DNA of 64,000 bases, from the NCBI GenBank assembly GCA_050042945.1, contig JBHJJC010000064.1, positions 4,344-68,343 of the forward strand, in the 5' to 3' direction. Every line of letters begins with the position of its first letter. The stretch's first letter is position 1. This stretch comes from Croceivirga sp. GTDB taxonomy: Bacteria; Bacteroidota; Bacteroidia; Flavobacteriales; Flavobacteriaceae. The notes beneath the pieces were generated by a model. That model searched no databases, was not told where the DNA came from, and worked only from the letters and a program-made list of their open reading frames with translations. Made by a program: the position numbers and the translations under genes. Below are positions 19,795 through 29,628 of this stretch, one piece after another.

Positions 19795-21033
19795 TTACTT
19801 TAATCCTATAGCAACGGCTAATTTATACAGCCATCTTCTAATCTGATCTTCTACCCCAAGATTAACATCAAAAATTCGTTCAACCATCCAATACGCAGAA
19901 ATTATAATGAGTAGAATACAACCGTAAAAGAAGATTCCCTTGTAAATTTTCTTTTTTCTTAAAAAGAATAAAATAGGGAAAATTCCAGCTATAATAAGAA
20001 CTTGGCCAATTTCAACGCCAATGTTAAAACCAAAAAGAGAATACGTTAGAAAGGTATTCGTTAACCCCAAATCTCCCAAAACACTTGCAAAACCAAAACC
20101 GTGGAATAGTCCAAAGATAAAGGCAATGATCCAGTCCCTTCCTTTGAAAATCGGAATGATATTGTGAAATGCTGCTAGGCCTATGGAAAAAGCTATAATA
20201 GATTCTACCACCCTACTTGGTAAGGTAACGATTTCCAAAGCGGCCAATGACAACGTAATGGTGTGGGCAATAGTGAAGAAGGTAACAATCTTCAAAATAT
20301 ACATAAACGCAGGTTTGAACTTTAGGACCGGATACCATCCAAAAAAGTTACTATTGGTCAATTTAACAGTCGCTTCCTCTTTTCTATACAGTACGGAAGG
20401 TAATATCAAGGCGATTAGAAATAAAATGTGATCAAGTCCAATCCAAATATGCCACACACCTTGTTTTACCATTCCTAAAAAACCTTTCCAAATGGACATA
20501 TCATCTAGAAAAAGGGTGTCTTTAGTTTCTTCTGGAGAAAAATAAAGGGAAATAATGGCTTCGTTATTGACCACACCATCTCTCCAATTTTGCTCTACAA
20601 CCAGAAAACCACGGTGCGTGTCATCAGCCTCAAAAGCTGGATTAAAGAATACATCAATCGATTCTGGGATATCTTTGGAATTCTCCAAATAAAAATAAAG
20701 CTTCACATAGTTTCCATAGTCGATTTCGCGCATTTCAACTTCCTTATAAACAAGTTCATATTGTTGTCCATTGGAAGACAGCGAGGAATGCTCGAGCAGG
20801 TATTTTTTTATTGCAGCAATATGGGGTTGTACTTCATCATATGTTGCATCTTTGGGTAGGTTGAGATTAAAGACTTTGTTAATTTCATTGATATTGAATT
20901 CAAAGCGTCCATGAATGCCATCTTCTTCATAAATATTCAGAAAAATGTAACTACTGTTAATTGCATGGGCGGAAGCAAAAAAAGGTGCCATCAAGGCAAT
21001 TAAAAAAAGTATTTTGAAAAAAGTTTTTTTCAT
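19795..21033 (-). CDS. HupE/UreJ-family membrane protein with large N-terminal extracytoplasmic domain
   Basis: The ATG at 21033 gives the signal peptide MKKTFFKILFLIALMAPFFASA. The C-terminal half is polytopic and carries the family motif GLDHILFLIAL. The gene is first in the minus-strand operon, 42 nt upstream of the C-A-T-T-E gene. Confidence 0.65.
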   Translation of the reverse strand: MKKTFFKILFLIALMAPFFASAHAINSSYIFLNIYEEDGIHGRFEFNINEINKVFNLNLPKDATYDEVQPHIAAIKKYLLEHSSLSSNGQQYELVYKEVEMREIDYGNYVKLYFYLENSKDIPESIDVFFNPAFEADDTHRGFLVVEQNWRDGVVNNEAIISLYFSPEETKDTLFLDDMSIWKGFLGMVKQGVWHIWIGLDHILFLIALILPSVLYRKEEATVKLTNSNFFGWYPVLKFKPAFMYILKIVTFFTIAHTITLSLAALEIVTLPSRVVESIIAFSIGLAAFHNIIPIFKGRDWIIAFIFGLFHGFGFASVLGDLGLTNTFLTYSLFGFNIGVEIGQVLIIAGIFPILFFLRKKKIYKGIFFYGCILLIIISAYWMVERIFDVNLGVEDQIRRWLYKLAVAIGLK

Positions 21034-21462
21034 TTTAATCTCGATTTTCTTGTCTGTTAGACAACAAAAGAACATAACCAGGGGCATTAGTCAAAACGAA
21101 ACTCGTTAAGACCAAACATTAAACGCTAAAGTGGAATATTTGCATTTTAATGGGAACTTTAAAAGTAGTATGCTCTGGTTGGTTATTTTTGAAGTAACAA
21201 TATTCACTACTAAAAAAATTGTTTTATCAATATTAACCCCAATTAATTGTTATTTTTCGATGAATTTCACTTAATCAAGATAACTTTCGCAAGGGTAGAC
21301 GATAAAATTTCTGAAATTATGGAATTCAAGGTGCCTAAACAACCTGAATTTTTCTGCTTTAACTTTAAAATTCCCACTTCAACGAACTTTTTAAAACATC
21401 TACAGGAATATGCGGTTCTTTTGTAATATCCATTCTACCGTTTCATTAAATTTAAAGTGCAT

Positions 21463-22614
21463 ATGGATTTTTCTATTCCACGAGAACTTTTAGACTACAA
21501 AAAGAGCGTTGTAGAGTTTGCCCAATCCAATTTGAATTCCTCTTTTGTGGAAGATGACAAAGCATGCAGGTTCAATCGGAAGGATTGGAACAAATGTGCT
21601 TTTTTCGGCATTCAAGGATTGGCCGCTCCCAAGAACTTCAATAAAGACAACGCGGACATAGATATGGTCAGGGCCACATTAGCTATGGAAGGCTTAGGAT
21701 ATGGCTACAAGGACAACGGCTTACCCCTTGCACTCAGTGCACAAATGTGGACGGTTCAATTACCACTTGTGGATTTTGGTACGGAAGCACAGAAGAACGC
21801 CTATTTGCCCAATTTGGTATCAGGAAATTGGATAGCCTCACACGCCCTTACGGAACCGCATGCGGGTTCGGATGTATTCAGCATGCAAACTATGGCCGAG
21901 AAGGTAACGGGAGGATACGTGCTCAATGGAAAAAAATGCTTGATAAGTCTAGCCCCAATATCCGATGTTTTTCTTGTTTTTGCCAATACCAATCCAAAAT
22001 TGGGCAAATGGGGAATTACGGCATTTTTAGTGGAAAGGGGAACCAAAGGATTTACCACATCACCAAATAAAGAAAAAATGGGCCTGCGCACCGTCCCCAT
22101 TGGGGATATGGTATTCAAAGACTGTTTTGTGCCTGCATCCAGCGTTCTGGGTAAAGAAGGAGCAGGGATGTCCATTGCCAATCACTCCCTGGAATATGAC
22201 AGATGTAGTATCCTTGCTTGCCAACTTGGGGCCATGGAAAGACAGCTGGAAGAAACGATACAATTTGCGAAAACTAGAAAACAATTTGGAAAAAGCATTG
22301 GGAATTTTCAGGCGGTGTCCCATAGAATTGCCGATATGAAATTGCGATTGGAAACCTCTAGGTTACTCTTGTATAAAGTAGCGTGGTTAAAGAGTAAGGG
22401 CAAATCCGCAATGATGGAAGCTGCGCTCCTAAAACTACAATTAAGCGAATGTTTTGTGGCATCAAGTTTGGATGCGGTTCGTACCCATGGAGGGGCTGGA
22501 TATTTAACAGAAAATGAAGTGGAACGTAATTTGCGCGATGCCGTAGGCGGTCTTATTTACGCGGGAACCTCTGATATCCAACGGAATATTATTGCAAGTC
22601 TGTTGGGCGTTTAA
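21463..22614 (+). CDS. acyl-CoA dehydrogenase-fold flavoprotein (probable acyl/aminoacyl-carrier-protein dehydrogenase)
   Basis: The ACAD fold is visible throughout (ASHALTEPHAGSD, GWGITAF, FGKSIGNFQAV, GGAGY). The MCAD-type catalytic Glu is replaced (LIYAGTSDIQ). I prefer the ATG at 21463 over the GTG at 21457. Confidence 0.8.
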   Translation: MDFSIPRELLDYKKSVVEFAQSNLNSSFVEDDKACRFNRKDWNKCAFFGIQGLAAPKNFNKDNADIDMVRATLAMEGLGYGYKDNGLPLALSAQMWTVQLPLVDFGTEAQKNAYLPNLVSGNWIASHALTEPHAGSDVFSMQTMAEKVTGGYVLNGKKCLISLAPISDVFLVFANTNPKLGKWGITAFLVERGTKGFTTSPNKEKMGLRTVPIGDMVFKDCFVPASSVLGKEGAGMSIANHSLEYDRCSILACQLGAMERQLEETIQFAKTRKQFGKSIGNFQAVSHRIADMKLRLETSRLLLYKVAWLKSKGKSAMMEAALLKLQLSECFVASSLDAVRTHGGAGYLTENEVERNLRDAVGGLIYAGTSDIQRNIIASLLGV

Positions 22615-22627
22615 ACCAAGTGTTGCT

Positions 22628-24202
22628 ATGATCTTTTCCTTAGTAGATATCGTATCCCTTAATTCCCGAAAATTCCCCGGGAAGGATGCTTTTCGATTCC
22701 TATCTAGTGCCCTAACCCATTCAGAACTGGAAGAGAAGTCCAATAAACTGGCCAAACATTTAAAAGATAAGGGGGTAAAACGCGGTTTCAGGGTTGGCAT
22801 CTATATGAATCGTTGTTTGGAATCTGCCATTGCGGTTTATGGTATTCTAAAAGCTGGAGGATGCTATGTGCCTTTAGATCCCGCTGCTCCAATAGAAAGG
22901 TCACGTTTTGTTTTGAAAGATTGCAACATTAAGCATCTTGTCACCACCAAAAACCAAAGCAGGAAAATAAAAAAACTCCTAGCCACAACTACCGAAGTTG
23001 ATTGTCTTATCGGCTGTGAACTAGAGGATATGCCCTGGAGTTTTTCATGGGAGGATATTTTCAAACTATCCTTAAAAGACTATCTTGCTTTGCAAATCAT
23101 GGAACAGGATTTAGCCTATATTTTGTACACTTCGGGAAGCACAGGAACGCCAAAGGGTATCATGCATACCCATTATAGTGCATTAAATTATGCCAAATTG
23201 GTAGTAGATCAATACCAATTTGATACGAGTGACGTTTTGGGGTCCACCGCCCCCCTTCATTTTGACATGTCGACTTTTGGTTACTTTGCGGCTCCTTTGG
23301 CCGGAGCAACCTGCACCCTTATTTCAGATATGCACCTAAAAATGCCGACTAGTTTGGTTGATTTCTTGAAAAAATCCAAAATAACGGCATGGTATTCTGT
23401 TCCGTTGATTTTGATACAACTCCTACAAACGGGATTGTTGAAAAATGAGGATTTTGATACCTTGAAATGGGTGTTGTTTGCCGGGGAGGTCTTTCCAACA
23501 AAACATCTTCGAAGCCTAATGGGTATTTGGAAAGGAAAAACCTTCGGCAATGTTTATGGCCCTACGGAAGTAAATCAATGTACTTTTTATAATTTAAGGA
23601 CAGCTCCAAAATCAGATGCGCCCATACCCATCGGAAGAGTTTGGAAAAATACGGAATACAAAATATTGGATGAAAATGACAAAGAAGTGAGCGAGGGTCA
23701 GCCCGGGCTTTTGGTTATAAGGTCTGGCACCATGATGAAGGGCTATTGGAACAATCCCGAACTGACCAAGGCTTTGTTATATCAAGAGACTATTGTTCCC
23801 GGTGCGAATGCCGTGTATTACAGAACTGGAGATTTGGTACAATTAAACACACAAGGTGAGCTCTTGTTTTTAGGCAGGAAAGATCGCCAAATTAAGATTC
23901 GGGGATTTCGGATTGAAATCGACGAGGTTGAAAACACCTTGTTAAGAATAGCAGATGTGGCCGAAGTAGCTGTAGTTGTTAACCAAAATAATGATGAAAA
24001 AGTATTGATGGCCACGGTCTTGCCAAGAGACAATAGGGCCCTAGACGTTGGAGAAATATATTTGTTTTGCAAACTACACTTGCCTCCCTATGCCGTTCCA
24101 GAGCAGATTGAAATCTGGAAGGAGTTTCCAAGAACAGGAACTGGGAAAATTGATCGAAAAGCCATTGCGCATAAATTAACCTTTAGTAAGTATGAACGAT
24201 AA
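22628..24202 (+). CDS. free-standing adenylation enzyme (NRPS A-domain / DltA-like)
   Basis: LAYILYTSGSTGTPKG, FAGEVFP, VYGPTE, YRTGD, GRKDRQIKIRGFRIE and GTGKIDRK are present. The ATG at 22628 (MIFSLVDIV) lies 13 nt after the ACAD stop. Confidence 0.88.
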   Translation: MIFSLVDIVSLNSRKFPGKDAFRFLSSALTHSELEEKSNKLAKHLKDKGVKRGFRVGIYMNRCLESAIAVYGILKAGGCYVPLDPAAPIERSRFVLKDCNIKHLVTTKNQSRKIKKLLATTTEVDCLIGCELEDMPWSFSWEDIFKLSLKDYLALQIMEQDLAYILYTSGSTGTPKGIMHTHYSALNYAKLVVDQYQFDTSDVLGSTAPLHFDMSTFGYFAAPLAGATCTLISDMHLKMPTSLVDFLKKSKITAWYSVPLILIQLLQTGLLKNEDFDTLKWVLFAGEVFPTKHLRSLMGIWKGKTFGNVYGPTEVNQCTFYNLRTAPKSDAPIPIGRVWKNTEYKILDENDKEVSEGQPGLLVIRSGTMMKGYWNNPELTKALLYQETIVPGANAVYYRTGDLVQLNTQGELLFLGRKDRQIKIRGFRIEIDEVENTLLRIADVAEVAVVVNQNNDEKVLMATVLPRDNRALDVGEIYLFCKLHLPPYAVPEQIEIWKEFPRTGTGKIDRKAIAHKLTFSKYER

Positions 24203-24428
24203 AATAATAGCGTATATAACGGATAACCTGCTGTATGAGCAATTGGACGACCCATTAACGGCAGATGAAAACCTACTGGAGAGTGGTTTGATAGACTCTT
24301 TGGGAATCATGAAATTAGTGGTATTTATTGAAAGTGAATTTGAAGTAGCCATACCTCCTGAAGATATGACTATTGAGAATTTTATGACAGTCAATCATAT
24401 CAAAGAATATCTGATGTTAGGGAAGTAG
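24192..24428 (+). CDS. stand-alone carrier protein (ACP/PCP)
   Basis: 78 aa with LLESGLIDSLGIMKLV; Ser36 is at 24297-24299. The start overlaps the A-gene stop by 11 nt. Confidence 0.85.
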   Translation: MNDKIIAYITDNLLYEQLDDPLTADENLLESGLIDSLGIMKLVVFIESEFEVAIPPEDMTIENFMTVNHIKEYLMLGK

Positions 24429-24489
24429 AATTTCTTTGTTAACTATCAAAAAACAACTTCAATTTTTTAGCCAAATATTTCTTCTATCA

Positions 24490-25566
24490 ATGAGGTTTAT
24501 AAAATTAGACGGTTTGCGCGGTATTTTTAGTTTAATGATAGTATTATATCATTACCTCCAGGAGTTTTTACCTATATATTTTTATCGTTTTTTTATTATC
24601 CGAGAATCATATGCATTTGTGGATTTCTTTTTTGTTTTGAGTGGTTTTGTAATTTCACATAATTACAATCAGATAGGGTCAAGGGAACAGTTTTTTACAT
24701 ATGTTAAAAAAAGATTCATTAGGCTGTACCCTTTGCTTTTTTATACTGTAATGATTTATTTTTTGTTTAGATTACTGGCATTAAACCTATTTCCTGATGT
24801 AATAGATTCGAGTGTGTCCTTTGATGCAATGCTAATCAAAACTTTGGACGCTCTACTTTTCACTAACTCAACGGTTATTTTAGGGGGAGAAAACGGTGGT
24901 ATGAATTCTCCTTCTTGGTCAATATCTGCCGAAATGATTACCTATATTCTATTTGGTTTGGTTGTTGGACTAACAGGAGAAAAAAAAATAGTTAAGTCAG
25001 TAATTTTTGGTTTGGTAATAGGTTTTGCCAGTATTATTTTGATTTATGAAGGTAGTTTATTTAAAATGTCAGACTATGGATATTTAAGAAGCTTTATCTC
25101 TTTTTTAATGGGTTACTTTGTATGGAAATTAAATCCTAAAAAAATAAAAATCAAGAAGAATCTTGAGCTTTTGTTCCCTTTAATTATTATACTCATGCTT
25201 TATTTTTTGCATAACTATAAGAATACAGATTTAAAATTCTATTTTGAATTTTTGGTTCCCCCTGTATTTGCTATGTTTATCTATTTTTTATTGGTGTCCA
25301 AAGGGTTGTTGACCTCTATGTTGGAAAGTAAACCAATTCAATACTTAGGAAAGATATCGTATTCTATTTATTTGAATCATTTTCTCATATTGATGATTCT
25401 ACCCAAAGCGTCTTTTATATTGTTAAAATTGGAAAATAGTAATGCAAACCAACTTTTAATACTAATTTTCACAATGATTCTGATAATAATATATTCTCAT
25501 GTAACGCATCAAATTATTGAGCTGAGAGGAGGCCGGTTTTTAAAAAGAATATTATTGAAATCATAA
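24490..25566 (+). CDS. acyltransferase family 3 (integral-membrane O-acyltransferase)
   Basis: MRFIKLDGLRGIFSLMIVLYH is followed by about 10 hydrophobic helices, and SWSISAEM is present. I prefer the ATG at 24490 over the TTG at 24436. Confidence 0.8.
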   Translation: MRFIKLDGLRGIFSLMIVLYHYLQEFLPIYFYRFFIIRESYAFVDFFFVLSGFVISHNYNQIGSREQFFTYVKKRFIRLYPLLFYTVMIYFLFRLLALNLFPDVIDSSVSFDAMLIKTLDALLFTNSTVILGGENGGMNSPSWSISAEMITYILFGLVVGLTGEKKIVKSVIFGLVIGFASIILIYEGSLFKMSDYGYLRSFISFLMGYFVWKLNPKKIKIKKNLELLFPLIIILMLYFLHNYKNTDLKFYFEFLVPPVFAMFIYFLLVSKGLLTSMLESKPIQYLGKISYSIYLNHFLILMILPKASFILLKLENSNANQLLILIFTMILIIIYSHVTHQIIELRGGRFLKRILLKS

Positions 25567-25586
25567 AGAGGAGGAACGATTCTATA

Positions 25587-28500
25587 CTAACCTTCTTCCA
25601 TCAAACGAATTAATATACTTTCCACATATTTCCCATATGTCTTGGCTGTAGGATACTTAAAAATATCTGCAAGTGTTAAAACATTTAATTCAAAAGATTC
25701 CTTTAACCTTGATGTAATAACCATGGCATTCAGGGAGTTACCTCCAATTTGAATGAAGTCATCGTCAATGCTTATTTGAGCTACTTTAAGGACCTCTTTC
25801 CAAACTTCTACAATGATTTCCTCAAATTCGTTGCTGGGTCCCATATAGGTTCTTTTATCTTCTAGGGCCTGGAGAGTAATATTTGGAAGCTTTTTTCTAT
25901 TGATTTTTCCACTTGAAAGAAATTCAAAAGTATCTAAATGAACATAATAGGAGGGCACCATATATTTGGGTAAATATATTTCAAGAGCAATTCTTAAATC
26001 ACGTTCCTCAATTGTGTTTCCACTATAATAGGAAGCTAAATATTCTTGTTCGTTTTGATGAATGACCTTAACCACTGCTTGATTAACGCCCGGATAGCTT
26101 TCTAACGACTTTTCAATTTCGCCAAGCTCTATGCGTAACCCTCTTAATTTGATTTGGGTATCAGTCCTTCCCATGTATTCAATAGCACCATCCATTCGAT
26201 ATCTAGCCAAATCACCAGTTTTGTACAATTTCGAATCAGAATTATTAGAAAATGAATCTTCTAAAAAACGCTTTCTGGTCAACTGATCTTTGTTCAGATA
26301 CCCATGGGCCACTTGAACTCCGGCAATATAAAGTTCACCCACAACTCCAATAGGAACAGGATTTAGGTCGTGGTCCAGAATATATATTTTGGTATTAGCA
26401 ACGGGATGACCAATGGGTACGCCATTTAAATAATCCCCTTTTTTACAATGCCAGCTCGTTACATCAACTGATGCTTCTGTGGGGCCGTAAAGATTGTACA
26501 ATTCAGCATAAAGTTTCTCATGGGTATTTTTAACTGTGCTCATTGCCAAGGCTTCTCCACTACAGAATATTCTTTTCAAACTTGCACCTCGGTATTCTAC
26601 ATCCCTTGTACTAATAAATATATTTAGCATAGATGGCACGAAATGTATAATGTTAACATTATGGGTAGCTATAGCACTAAGAAGGCTATCTTGATCCAAG
26701 TGTTCACCAGGTTGCGCAATGACCAATTTGGCCCCGACTTGCAAAGGCCAAAAAAGCTCCCATACCGAAACATCAAAAGTAAACGGTGTTTTCTGCAGAA
26801 AAACGGTTTTTTCAGTAACTGGATAATCGTTGTTCATCCAATTCAATCGGTTACAGATTCCCTTGTGATGGCATATAACCCCTTTTGGTTCCCCAGTGCT
26901 TCCTGAGGTGTAAATAACATATGCCATATCATCCGGCTGAACATTTACTCTAGGTTGTGTTTCAGGGAAGGTTTCTAAAGTATCCGTCAGAGAACGAATG
27001 TTATAGGAGCTTGTAATTCCCGTATCCATATTATTCCAATCTGTATTGTGATGGAAAAAGACTTTGGCTTGGGAATTTTTTAAGATGTATTCTGCCCTTT
27101 TCTTAGGTGTTGCAGTGTCCAAGGGCAAATAGGCCGCTCCTGCTTTCAAGATACCGTATAAAAAAAACATCATCTCAAAAGATCTGTCCAAGCAGAGCGC
27201 AACAATGTGGTTTTGCCCAACACCTTGCTGTTTTAGAAAATGGGCTACCTGATTTGTTTTCTTGCTAAATGAAAGATAACTCATGGACATCTCACCAAAA
27301 ACAAGGGCTGTATTTTTAGGATTCTCAAGAACCTGCGCTTCAAATTTATCAAGCAAGGTTTCACCAGATTCATAAACTACGGTTGTATTGTTCCAAGTTG
27401 CTATTTTTTTAATTTCTTGAGGCGTTATTATCGATACATCTTGTATTTTTTGATTTTTATTGGCTACGAATGCATCCAGTATTGCCATAAAATGTTGGCC
27501 AATGGAATCATACTGCTCTTTAGAAAAAATGGCATTGTTCAGATCAAATTGAAGTTGGTAATCTCCTTCGTTATTGAAATCATGTACTTGAAGTCGAATA
27601 TGGTGGTTGGAATCAATATGATCGGCCAACAACCAATTACATTTGGTGGGGATTCCTGCAAAATCATGGTAGATCGCAGGAATAAAATTGAAGAGCACAT
27701 TATACGTTTTCATCAATTCTATTGGCGCTCGGGAAATCATGGCATTCTTTAGAACGTCCAAGGACTCCCGTTGTATTTTTTTAAAGATGTCTATAAAACT
27801 ATCTTCGGTATTTATAGCTATATTCAAGGGCAGCAACTCCATAAAAAGCCCGATTGTCTTTTTATCTTTTGGACTACTTCTATTATGATTAGCCATCCCA
27901 ATGGAAAACTTCTCTAGATTACCAATCTTATAAATCAACGTGCAGATGACCGTTAAAAAAATGTTGGATAGCGCTAATTCCATCGTGAGTCCTTTGATAT
28001 CCTTTTCGTAAGAAAATGCTTTTAATTTTTCAGTTCTATCCTTTCCTAATTTAAAATTAACCCTTGTCGAGTCTGTTTTTACTTGATTCCGCTTTACCCC
28101 ATATAGCTGGGGTTTTTCAAGCGTATTTCTAAGTTTTGCTTTCCAATATGGAGAATTCTCCAATTCATGTTGGAATGGATTCTTATTGGCATATGCTTCA
28201 AATGTCAAAAATTCATTTTCATCGGTAGTCACCTCGCCAATGGCATTTATATAATATCTCTCCAGTTGATCATAAAGCAGCTTTACGCTCCAACCGTCTG
28301 TAATCAAATGATGCTGATTCAAATAGAAAACGAATTGATTTTCGCCTAATTTGAAGAGGACTGCACGATATAAAAGGGTACTTAAATCAAAAGGTATTTT
28401 TTTATCCCCATTTAACCATTCTCTACAAGCGAGTTTTGGTTTTTTTTTATCTACAAAATCCAAGAACTGTAATGGACTTTCTACTTTTTCCTTAAATACT

Positions 28501-28715
28501 TGAATGGGTATATCCTCCTCAATTGCTATATACAGTCTTAGCGAATCGTTAGAATCAACAAGCCTTTGAAAAGCCAATTTAAAACAGCCAACATCAATTT
28601 TCCCCTTAATTTCAAAAGTGAGGGGCATATTGTACATCGGGTTATTGGAATCTATTTCCTGCCCCATCCAAATCATCATTTGGCTGTGGGTCATTGGAGC
28701 TGTCTTCATGGTCAT
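25587..28715 (-). CDS. NRPS module C-A-T (A-domain code reads as serine)
   Basis: The C core QHHLITDGWS is at 28287-28313. The A cores are MAYVIYTSGSTGEPKG, NLYGPTE, YKTGD, GRTDTQIKLRGLRIE, SSGKINRK. The T motif is FIQIGGNSLNAM, with Ser995 at 25734-25736. My hand-extracted specificity residues are D-V-W-H-F-S-L-V-D-K. The track start at 28718 is a TTG; there is an ATG at 28715. Confidence 0.92.
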   Translation of the reverse strand: MTMKTAPMTHSQMMIWMGQEIDSNNPMYNMPLTFEIKGKIDVGCFKLAFQRLVDSNDSLRLYIAIEEDIPIQVFKEKVESPLQFLDFVDKKKPKLACREWLNGDKKIPFDLSTLLYRAVLFKLGENQFVFYLNQHHLITDGWSVKLLYDQLERYYINAIGEVTTDENEFLTFEAYANKNPFQHELENSPYWKAKLRNTLEKPQLYGVKRNQVKTDSTRVNFKLGKDRTEKLKAFSYEKDIKGLTMELALSNIFLTVICTLIYKIGNLEKFSIGMANHNRSSPKDKKTIGLFMELLPLNIAINTEDSFIDIFKKIQRESLDVLKNAMISRAPIELMKTYNVLFNFIPAIYHDFAGIPTKCNWLLADHIDSNHHIRLQVHDFNNEGDYQLQFDLNNAIFSKEQYDSIGQHFMAILDAFVANKNQKIQDVSIITPQEIKKIATWNNTTVVYESGETLLDKFEAQVLENPKNTALVFGEMSMSYLSFSKKTNQVAHFLKQQGVGQNHIVALCLDRSFEMMFFLYGILKAGAAYLPLDTATPKKRAEYILKNSQAKVFFHHNTDWNNMDTGITSSYNIRSLTDTLETFPETQPRVNVQPDDMAYVIYTSGSTGEPKGVICHHKGICNRLNWMNNDYPVTEKTVFLQKTPFTFDVSVWELFWPLQVGAKLVIAQPGEHLDQDSLLSAIATHNVNIIHFVPSMLNIFISTRDVEYRGASLKRIFCSGEALAMSTVKNTHEKLYAELYNLYGPTEASVDVTSWHCKKGDYLNGVPIGHPVANTKIYILDHDLNPVPIGVVGELYIAGVQVAHGYLNKDQLTRKRFLEDSFSNNSDSKLYKTGDLARYRMDGAIEYMGRTDTQIKLRGLRIELGEIEKSLESYPGVNQAVVKVIHQNEQEYLASYYSGNTIEERDLRIALEIYLPKYMVPSYYVHLDTFEFLSSGKINRKKLPNITLQALEDKRTYMGPSNEFEEIIVEVWKEVLKVAQISIDDDFIQIGGNSLNAMVITSRLKESFELNVLTLADIFKYPTAKTYGKYVESILIRLMEEG

Positions 28716-29007
28716 CAAAAAAATTAATACTATCGTAACACCCGAAGACCTTATGCCTTTGCAATGTGTTCTTCTGTGTTTTTAAATGTAGCGCTAATTT
28801 CCATAATCTTTACTGATAAGAACCAACGCCAATTAAAATTTCATTAAAACAATGGCTTCTAACTATAGAATGTCCCTCTCAACCCCCATATTTCCCACTT
28901 AACAGGTTTTTTTTGGGTTGGCACCTTAAAAACTTTTGATTTAACCTTTGTTTATGTAATAAACCATAAGCAATATAGGATTGTTGGGTTCCATGCATTA
29001 GAGTTAA

Positions 29008-29481
29008 GTGAAACGTAAAAAGAATAATAAAAATAAGTCTTTTATCCTTGTCTTTATGACTGTGGGAGTGAGCACCCTTTATGTTCTTGCCCCCCTACAC
29101 GAAGAAATTCGGGAGGTTGGCCATAACATCGCACATTATATTGAAGCACCCATTTCTTTTTTGGAGCACACTACCTATAGGAGTACGGAATTTCACACAG
29201 CACACGAACATATAGAAGCTGATCATGGGCATGAACACCTTTTCATTGACTTTTTAGGCGCCTTTTTGGAAAAGTCTTCATCGGAAAAAAGTCCAATGAA
29301 AAATTCTTCTTTAAAGTTGAAAGTAGATAAACACATTATTTCTGAACAAAAGTTTAAAAGGTATGTTGACGTTACTTGTGCTCCTGCCGTAACGATATGG
29401 AAATATATAATAGAGGTGTTACTAGGCTATCGCACCATAATTTATGTGCCTCCCCAAAACATTGATACCTGTAATGTGTAA
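29008..29481 (+). CDS. small membrane-anchored histidine-rich protein
   Basis: GTG start, then a Lys-rich N-terminus and one hydrophobic helix. There are 10 His in residues 31-77 (...HNIAHYIEAPISFLEHTTYRSTEFHTAHEHIEADHGHEH). An alternative ATG lies at 29056. I recognised no family. Confidence 0.5.
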   Translation: MKRKKNNKNKSFILVFMTVGVSTLYVLAPLHEEIREVGHNIAHYIEAPISFLEHTTYRSTEFHTAHEHIEADHGHEHLFIDFLGAFLEKSSSEKSPMKNSSLKLKVDKHIISEQKFKRYVDVTCAPAVTIWKYIIEVLLGYRTIIYVPPQNIDTCNV

Positions 29482-29628
29482 TGCTTAATCCAAATAGGAT
29501 TAGGTACGAAAAGTTGGGCAAGTTCATGCCCAACCATAATTCCATAAACAATACAAAAGCAGCACTTCTTATTGGAAGGGCATCACTTTTATTTGCTTGA
29601 CCAGAAGGTTGCCATTAAATAACAAATA

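Noticed and set aside
21371-28903. A shared motif, TTCCCACTT(C)AAC, at 21371-21383 and 28892-28903. Both copies lie about 85-115 nt upstream of plus-strand island operons. An imperfect inverted copy (aatgggaactttaaaag) lies near 21147.
   Set aside because: A 9-mer shared between two ~300-bp regions is expected by chance at roughly 0.7 occurrences. That is too weak to call an operator without more copies or conservation.
28719-29007. A Fur/Zur-type box in the divergent promoter between the C-A-T gene and the His-rich gene.
   Set aside because: There are only loose resemblances (for example tactgataagaac), with no 19-bp dyad. I cannot support a call by eye.
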